This document shows positions 63,101 to 64,000 of a DNA stretch of 64,000 nt, in pieces. The number at the start of each line of letters is the position of its first letter. Position 1 is the first letter of the stretch. This DNA comes from Malacoraja senta (lineage: Eukaryota): positions 14,324,001 through 14,388,000 of the forward strand of contig CM075990.1 in the NCBI GenBank assembly GCA_038087875.1, read 5' to 3'. Below the pieces are notes generated by a model that saw only the letters and a list, made by a program, of their open reading frames with translations, was not told where the DNA came from and did not search any database. Both the position numbers and the translations under genes were made by a program.

Positions 63101-63385
63101 CCAGGCCTGTAATTTGTTTTGGTCCGCACACAGGAGCGATCCTATACCTTGTACTATCTTGAACTCTGCCTTATGTTACTTAGTTGACATGAAGGTTTAT
63201 CAATATCATTGTAACCAAGCATGGGCATTCACACTGTAAGAGAAGAAAGCTTGCCTTGTTTGATGGATGGAGTGGATGAAAAATTGATTTTCTTCGCAGT
63301 ACACAGTAGTCAGCATTCATTAACTTTTGTTTTTCAGTCTCTTGATTGGAGTTGGCTTGAAGAAATGGTATCAGACAGACCCTGA
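18028..63385 (+). CDS. CHUK: IKK-alpha (inhibitor of NF-kB kinase subunit alpha), full spliced CDS, 21 coding exons, 755 aa
   Basis: Exon lengths 105,95,118,70,89,90,125,108,136,192,103,124,152,62,110,50,100,148,143,100,48 sum to 2268 nt with matching phases and GT-AG introns. Motifs: GxGGFG, K44, [78 protein letters not shown] and SPYARRQGD match IKK-alpha rather than IKK-beta. Confidence 0.97.
19098..19697. mobile_element. Internally deleted Tc1/mariner element
   Basis: TA|CAGTGCCCT...AGGGCACTA|TA with ~80-bp terminal inverted repeats. Confidence 0.85.
20452..20915 (-). mobile_element. GC-rich non-autonomous retroelement (unclassified)
   Basis: Minus strand ends AATAAA + (TATCTTG)n; CpG-rich body; 3' region related to the element at 61838-62587. 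Confidence 0.6.
21147..21241 (+). CDS. CHUK: CHUK coding exon 2
   Basis: [31 protein letters not shown](K), contains catalytic K44; ttccag / gtgagt. Confidence 0.96.
21727..22036 (+). mobile_element. tRNA-derived SINE (V-SINE-like), full length
   Basis: A-box-like GCAGTGGTAGAG, B-box GAGTTCAATCC, GGAGTTTGTACGTTCTCCC core, (CTAAA)-type tail. Confidence 0.88.
22325..22442 (+). CDS. CHUK: CHUK coding exon 3
   Basis: [39 protein letters not shown]; aag / gtaatt. Confidence 0.94.
23898..24270 (+). mobile_element. CR1 3' fragment
   Basis: Near-identical to 1790-2157. Confidence 0.9.
24375..24444 (+). CDS. CHUK: CHUK coding exon 4
   Basis: [23 protein letters not shown](G); tttcaag / gtaggt. Confidence 0.96.
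25052..25140 (+). CDS. CHUK: CHUK coding exon 5
   Basis: [29 protein letters not shown] (catalytic loop); cag / gtaaga. Confidence 0.97.
26315..26404 (+). CDS. CHUK: CHUK coding exon 6
   Basis: [30 protein letters not shown] (activation loop SxxxS); cag / gtaaga. Confidence 0.97.
27349..27473 (+). CDS. CHUK: CHUK coding exon 7
   Basis: [41 protein letters not shown](S); tag / gtaagt. Confidence 0.96.
28398..28505 (+). CDS. CHUK: CHUK coding exon 8
   Basis: [35 protein letters not shown](T); tag / gtgagt. Confidence 0.95.
29575..29710 (+). CDS. CHUK: CHUK coding exon 9
   Basis: [45 protein letters not shown]; cag / gttggt. Confidence 0.95.
30603..30630 (-). ncRNA. Minimal hammerhead ribozyme core within a Penelope-derived repeat
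   Basis: Minus strand CTGAAGA-A-GGGT(CTCG)ACCC-GAAAC-GTC: conserved CUGANGA and GAAA boxes, a 4-bp helix II, and a palindromic ACGU helix III. Helix I is weak (GU/AC). Confidence 0.6.
31571..34572 (+). mobile_element. Tc1 (DD34E) transposon with ~210-bp TIRs; transposase frameshifted and split by an L1
   Basis: TA|CAGTGGCTTGCAAAAG ... CTTTTGCAAGCCACTG|TA. Transposase at 31950-32559 plus 33959-34354 with [15 protein letters not shown] and [11 protein letters not shown] (34 residues between the second D and the E). Confidence 0.97.
32560..33940 (-). mobile_element. 5'-truncated L1/Tx1-type LINE inserted in the Tc1 transposase
   Basis: 18-bp TSD GGGAAGCTGGTCAGAGTT (32542-32559, 33941-33958); minus-strand [12 protein letters not shown]...CDKC...H and [11 protein letters not shown]-rich tail on the minus strand. 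Confidence 0.93.
35792..35983 (+). CDS. CHUK: CHUK coding exon 10 (ubiquitin-like domain)
   Basis: [64 protein letters not shown]; cag / gtaagt. Confidence 0.95.
36722..36824 (+). CDS. CHUK: CHUK coding exon 11
   Basis: [34 protein letters not shown](V); cag / gtaaga. Confidence 0.95.
37865..38270 (+). mobile_element. CR1 3' fragment
   Basis: [25 protein letters not shown] followed by the CR1 3'UTR and tail. Confidence 0.9.
38760..40310 (+). mobile_element. Old, heavily degraded CR1 LINE
   Basis: Remnants of [30 protein letters not shown]; boundaries approximate. Confidence 0.7.
41033..41156 (+). CDS. CHUK: CHUK coding exon 12
   Basis: [40 protein letters not shown](M); tag / gtaagt. Confidence 0.96.
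41206..41891 (+). mobile_element. 5'-truncated RTE/RTE-X LINE with uninterrupted ORF end
   Basis: EYACPVW...[15 protein letters not shown]...LAGIAP...LNRLRTG...CECG...H..CP; 10-bp TSD ACCGATAAAT (41196-41205, 41892-41901); AAG-type tail. Confidence 0.9.
43180..43550 (+). mobile_element. hAT transposase fragment of the CGGBP1-related type
   Basis: [28 protein letters not shown]...[21 protein letters not shown], with frameshifts. Confidence 0.65.
43997..44314 (-). mobile_element. tRNA-derived SINE, full length (older relatives at ~43700-43975, 57450-57700, 60050-60350)
   Basis: Reverse complement of the SINE at 21727; B-box GGTTCGATCCC; (CTAAA)n tail. Confidence 0.88.
44487..44638 (+). CDS. 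CHUK: CHUK coding exon 13
   Basis: [50 protein letters not shown](S); cag / gtaagt. Confidence 0.96.
44850..46680 (+). mobile_element. Degraded RTE-clade LINE interrupted by a Penelope-derived repeat (46078-46270)
   Basis: ADDCAL, FKYLG, TKLKVYK and MRCMR.LLGIKW remnants; boundaries approximate. Confidence 0.6.
47571..47985. mobile_element. PIF/Harbinger-like MITE
   Basis: TIR GGGCCTGTCCCACTTAGG ... CCTAAGTGGGACAGGCCC; flanks TAC / TAA. Confidence 0.8.
48877..48938 (+). CDS. CHUK: CHUK coding exon 14
   Basis: [20 protein letters not shown]; tag / gtaaat. Confidence 0.96.
49726..50361 (-). mobile_element. CR1 3' fragment inserted into a SINE
   Basis: Minus-strand ORF 49940-50353 and CATAGAAA tail; SINE halves at ~49615-49720 and ~50365-50420. 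Confidence 0.88.
50540..50783. mobile_element. PIF/Harbinger-like MITE with TTA TSD
   Basis: TTA|AGGGCCTGTCCCACTTGGCGATTTT ... AAAATCGCCAAGAGGGACAGGCCCT|TTA. Confidence 0.88.
52282..52391 (+). CDS. CHUK: CHUK coding exon 15
   Basis: [36 protein letters not shown](L); aag / gtaaga. Confidence 0.95.
54183..54232 (+). CDS. CHUK: CHUK coding exon 16
   Basis: [16 protein letters not shown](D); tag / gtattg. Confidence 0.93.
56048..56147 (+). CDS. CHUK: CHUK coding exon 17
   Basis: [32 protein letters not shown](S); aag / gtataa. Confidence 0.94.
57946..58107 (+). mobile_element. Internally deleted CR1 fragment
   Basis: Matches ~1448-1555 joined directly to ~2125-2157; TGTTACTT on both sides. 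Confidence 0.82.
58211..58358 (+). CDS. CHUK: CHUK coding exon 18
   Basis: [49 protein letters not shown]; cag / gtaagt. Confidence 0.96.
59357..59499 (+). CDS. CHUK: CHUK coding exon 19 (Ser-rich linker)
   Basis: [47 protein letters not shown](S); tttcag / gtatga; phases fit the neighbouring exons. Confidence 0.88.
61140..61239 (+). CDS. CHUK: CHUK coding exon 20
   Basis: [33 protein letters not shown]; tttcag / gtaaga. Confidence 0.92.
61838..62587 (-). mobile_element. GC-rich non-autonomous retroelement (unclassified) inserted in an old CR1
   Basis: Minus strand ends AATAAA + (TTGTATCA)n; CpG-rich body; shares a 3' stem-loop with 20452-20915. Confidence 0.6.
63338..63385 (+). CDS. CHUK: CHUK coding exon 21 (NEMO-binding motif, stop)
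   Basis: [15 protein letters not shown]; acceptor ttttcag; 3'UTR follows. Confidence 0.96.
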   Translation, partial: SLDWSWLEEMVSDRP

Positions 63386-63699
63386 AATTCATATGTTGGT
63401 GTGGCAGTTGATTCCTTGAGCCCTGAGCACTGAAGGATCATGAGACGGCGTGGATTTGCAGTGGTGAATGCTATGAAGAAAAGTCATATTTCTGGAGCTT
63501 GGAAACTCAATCCCTCTGTCTCTCAGAAATCTCTTGGCATTTTAGTTGCACTGTTGCAGTTCAGCTAACACATGAATGCACTAAGCTGCCAATATGCTGC
63601 TTTATCACTTTGTCATCTACTGTTAGCTTTCACAACACAGTTGCTGCAGTAACAGTTTATAAAATTCTTCTAGATATTTTGCTGAGGCTTGCATAAAGT

Positions 63700-63714
63700 A
63701 ATAAAAACAATAAA
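63700..63714 (+). terminator. Candidate polyadenylation signals in the CHUK 3'UTR
   Basis: Two AATAAA hexamers (63700-63705, 63709-63714) about 315 nt after the stop; usage not shown. Confidence 0.35.
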
Positions 63715-64000
63715 TGATGAAAAAGCACACAAATCCCTGTCAACAATCAGTAGGGAAAAAAATATAGATTTGCAAACTTTTTTGTGCATTCTACTGAAGT
63801 CTATACTGATATGTTTTAATCAGCTGTTGATGGACCTGTTCTATGCATCCAGGATTTATAGCTTCTGCCTTTTAATTTCATGTTTCATTTCACATATTTA
63901 CATGAGTATTTATTCAGTGTCCACTGGAATATTTTTTTTTCCCAAGTTTCCTTCCACATTTTGTAGAGACAAATAACAGTCTGAGTTGTGCTTGTGGAAT

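Noticed and set aside
18028..63385. Calling the gene IKBKB
   Set aside because: Despite beta-like indels, the diagnostic SDD and ULD sequences ([40 protein letters not shown]) are IKK-alpha.

Overview
Vertebrate genomic DNA, most likely from a cartilaginous fish (skate/ray-like). The taxon is inferred from the repeat content: CR1 LINEs with (CTATGTTT)n tails, tRNA-derived SINEs with (CTAAA)n tails and Penelope-derived repeats. The main feature is a complete + strand CHUK (IKK-alpha) gene. It has a CpG-island promoter with a probable non-coding exon (~15700-15845) and 21 coding exons (18028-63385). I spliced these by hand at GT-AG sites into one 2268-nt frame (755 aa) with a kinase domain, ULD, SDD and the LDWSWL NEMO-binding motif. 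The introns are full of transposons, including an L1 inside a Tc1 inside a Penelope remnant, a young-looking RTE-X insertion, Harbinger-type MITEs, and Penelope-derived repeats with minimal hammerhead-ribozyme cores. The least explained part is 5.5-12.5 kb, a composite tandem array. It has four CCAAT+E2F promoter-like modules, CpG-rich A-tract 17-18-bp minisatellite blocks, three copies of a minus-strand spliced-looking cassette, and an inserted solo LTR. Comparisons with human proteins are from memory, not from a database search. TE boundaries without a target-site duplication (TSD) are approximate.
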